Assembly: GCA_030248215.1 (NCBI GenBank)
Contig: JASANG010000753.1
Coordinates: 124,001 to 188,000 of the forward strand
Length of the DNA stretch: 64,000 nt
Reading direction: 5' to 3'
From: Enoplolaimus lenunculus
Taxonomy: Eukaryota
The notes beneath the pieces are model-generated. The model saw only the letters and a program-made list of their open reading frames with translations, was not told the origin of the DNA and searched no databases. A program made the position numbers and the translations under genes. Positions 60,901-64,000 of this stretch are shown one piece after another (position 1 is the first letter of the stretch; each line of letters opens with the position of its first letter).

Positions 60901-63541
60901 TCAGTATTCAATTTTCCACAGAGCCGGTTGTTCACAGACGCGTAACTGATTATCAGGGCACAAACGGTTGAACGTTGTATTTGGCATAAAACCAAGGATT
61001 TCACGTTCATCTTGTATACGAAAACTAAATGTTGACACATGACTGCCTAAAATTACAACAAATTTGTCTACCAAATTCTGTACAAGGTAACCGGGTAAAC
61101 TAAACAGCAAAATTATACAAAAACTGCAACACACAGTTGAGAATGCATGTGCCTAATATCAAAGGCGACGCTAATTTTAAGCATAAAGTGCCGAGACTCG
61201 AGAGCCTCAAATAAACTACAATATATTTTAACTGCACTTACCCTCATTTATTAGATTTAAGTCATATAAATACGCATATCCGAATACCTTACTATAACAT
61301 ATAATCATAAAAATACATGCTTCGTTTCTAACCGAACTTACCTATAAAATATCTGGCGTGAGAACAAATCCACTGATCAATAATAGCATTTCCGCCATCC
61401 ATAAATTCATTCAAAACATCTTCTGGAGGTTTGTATTGAATTAATTTTACCGTTTCAGGCAGCAGTGATTTCAGTTCTGATACTTCTGAAAATTATTCAC
61501 TGTTTGCATTTCTGTTAAAAATTAGGCTACAGGCAGTATACCCCAATGTGATTTTAAAAATAATCTCTACTGGTCCGTGAATCAAGTAGCATTAACTTCA
61601 TTTCCGTGAAATTTATACACTCGTAGATGGGGAATTATTCTGACAGATCGCTACACATGCAAGTTGCATTCAGCATGGTCGACTCTTGGTTATGTATAAA
61701 TTTTACAAAAAACCCTATTCTCGAGTTCGCAGAACACCTATCACTAGCGTTAGCGATAGATTTTCAAACCGACGAAATCTTATAAACGCGGATCTCACAC
61801 TTGGCAAGAACATGGGCAAATCAAAAGCAACAATAATTATGCACAATTTTAAATTTCATTATTCACTGGATCGAAAGTTGCATGACCTATCACCAAATGA
61901 TGATAAGGTACTACACACATTTTTGATAATACGAAATAAGATTTTAAAGTGCAACAGTTAATTCAGTGAGTATTGGCGGATTTTCATCTCTGCCACACAT
62001 AACATACCTTTGTCGGGAGCATCAGTGGCAAGAAACACAACACTTAAACTGTTATTCGACAAGGCTTCCAGTATTTGATGTGCAGTGCCGTTGATAGTTG
62101 GCAGTTCTTTACCATGCGCACGGACGAAATCTTTACGGCGCCAGTGAATGCACAGGTACGGTCCACCTTTTGCAGTACCTTAAAAGTGTAGGAAAAACAA
62201 AAATTAACTTTTTAAAGACGACGTGCCAGCACTCGTTTTTCTTAGTGAATTTTTTGCAGCATGAAATCACAGCTGCAATTTGCAACTGGAAGTTTGGTGA
62301 TGCATTTGTGATTATGGTTTCAGTTCTGTTTCCAGAATTTTGACGCAAAACGCTGTATGTTTTGACTGTCATTTATCCAAAAATTTTGTGTTTGAAAAAT
62401 ACATATATTCAACTGCTTTACTAAATCGAACGTTTAACATTAAGCAATTAAATTTTTACAACTTGTTTCGACTGGAAAACTACTGAATCTTTCTAATCTA
62501 CGCTCTAGTTATAGCTAAACTGAATCGGCCCATGTCAAATATGGGCCTGCCAACTGGAGTTCAGAAGTCCAGGAGACAGTAACTTACAAAGCGGAAAGCT
62601 TAGACCTACGCTTAGAAGTAGGCTTATGTTTAGGTTTAAGCTTAGGCATAGGTTTAAATTAAGTCTAGGCCTATGTTTAGTAGGTAGGCCCCTATTGTTT
62701 ACATTTGCCATTCAATCAAATTAATAATTTTTTGTGAGCCTCGGCCTTTATTATTTAAAGATAGCTTCCAAAACACAAACGACCCAACAAGTAAGAAACA
62801 ACCTTTATAAATTCAATCGGTATGAAAAAGTAAAAAAACTTTACCATGGGCAGGCTCCATTTCTCTCCAGTCTTCGGTCAACAGAGTTTGATCCGTATCA
62901 TCGGTTGAATCTAAATACTCTCGCCGAAATTCATCTCCAATTTCACGCAACTTTACCGCAAATCTAAAAGTCAATTTTAAAGAAAATGAAAGAATGCTGG
63001 GATGAGAAAAGCAAAATACTACAAAGAACAATAAGCTCATAACATAGAACTAAACTTATATTACCACGAGTGTATACACCACTTTCTCTTAAAGTAATTT
63101 ATTTTTTCGCTGAATGTTCAGCGTGCCCAACGTTTTTGTCTGTTATAAAGTTCATAATTGTTGCTGAAACACTGAAATTATTTAATGCAAAAGTGCATTT
63201 AAGTCTCGCTGGCTTACATATGTTAAAAGTAGCTGCAACGTATCAAAACTTGAACATCTTGACTTGCCCTGAAATGTAATCACAGCAAGATGTTAAAAAC
63301 GCTCACTTGTAAAAACTAATTTTGTAAAATTTGGCGCAACCATAAGTGTCCGGTATCCGATAGGTATACGCCGAACACCGGAACCGGATACGGATATCCG
63401 TTTTTGCCGGATATTAAACCGGAACCAGATATCCGATCGTATTCTGAAAGAACATACCGCATACTACGCCTCGCGGCCCAATAATTTTTATCACCGAACC
63501 AATCATGAAGCACTGTTTCACCACGATCGAGCATAATTGAT
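60901..63541 (-). CDS. POFUT2: GDP-fucose protein O-fucosyltransferase 2 (pad-2 orthologue), 5'-partial, last five exons
   Basis: Exons 63541-63458, 62963-62845, 62178-62008, 61485-61342, 61046-60901 (TGA). Peptide: [124 protein letters not shown], collinear with the POFUT2 C-terminal half. Confidence 0.95.
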
Positions 63542-64000
63542 CTGAAAAATATTTAACCTAAAAATACAAAACTATTTCCAATTTTATGGTGATTAATACA
63601 GCACTAAAGAGTCAACTGTCCAACATAATTTCGCGCTATAAATAAAACTCACTAAGCTTGTGTTTTGCATTCCTGTATCAAACTTCAGCTCTGATAAAAT
63701 TACTTAACCCCACAACCAATAAAGACGTTTTAAATGCTATGACTTAACACTAATATATTAAATAAAAGGTTACATGTGATGTAAACCACGTTGATAAGTT
63801 ATTGAGAAAAGATAAAAAACAAAATGTCAAATACTGCAAAAAATAAAAATAATATTATACTTTATGTGGACATAATTCCGTCTGGAAAAACCCCTGCCAC
63901 CGTTCCTCATAGCTATACGCTAATCCGTTTTTAAAACTTTGAGGCAAAAAATACCACAGTTCTGTACCGGACAAACAAACAAATCAATAAACAAAACTAA

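Noticed and set aside
62845..63541. BH3-like motif LREIGDEF preceded by WAARR, resembling BAD/BIM
   Set aside because: The exons splice in frame into clear POFUT2 sequence, and this segment is a normal part of POFUT2.

Overview
AT-rich, intron-rich eukaryotic DNA, most likely from a nematode or close relative (inferred from dispersed TTAGGC repeats). Four protein-coding genes were reconstructed by hand from splice sites and reading-frame phase. (1) The 3' six exons of an uncharacterised Cys-rich invertebrate protein (+, 530-5708). (2) A 25-exon MYRF/myrf-1 membrane-bound transcription factor (-, 39981-23271, about 2106 aa) with an NDT80-type DNA-binding domain, a self-cleaving ICA/S74 domain (PSDRNLK), a TM helix and a luminal C-terminal domain. 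Its N-terminus is unusually long (about 1070 aa, low complexity). It is followed by about 12 kb of gene-free, strand-skewed sequence that may be a very long 3' UTR and carries perfect 8-mer lin-4/miR-125 and let-7 sites. (3) A complete 16-exon mitochondrial Hsp70 (hsp-6/HSPA9; -, 57948-48905, 683 aa). (4) The 3' five exons of POFUT2 (-, 63541-60901). Introns and intergenic DNA are dense with small mobile elements: an internally deleted piggyBac with intact ends, hAT MITEs with 8-bp TSDs, a high-copy MITE carrying telomere-like TTAGGC arrays, tRNA-derived SINEs, nested insertions and mini/microsatellites. All identifications rest on my recognition of motifs; no database search was run.
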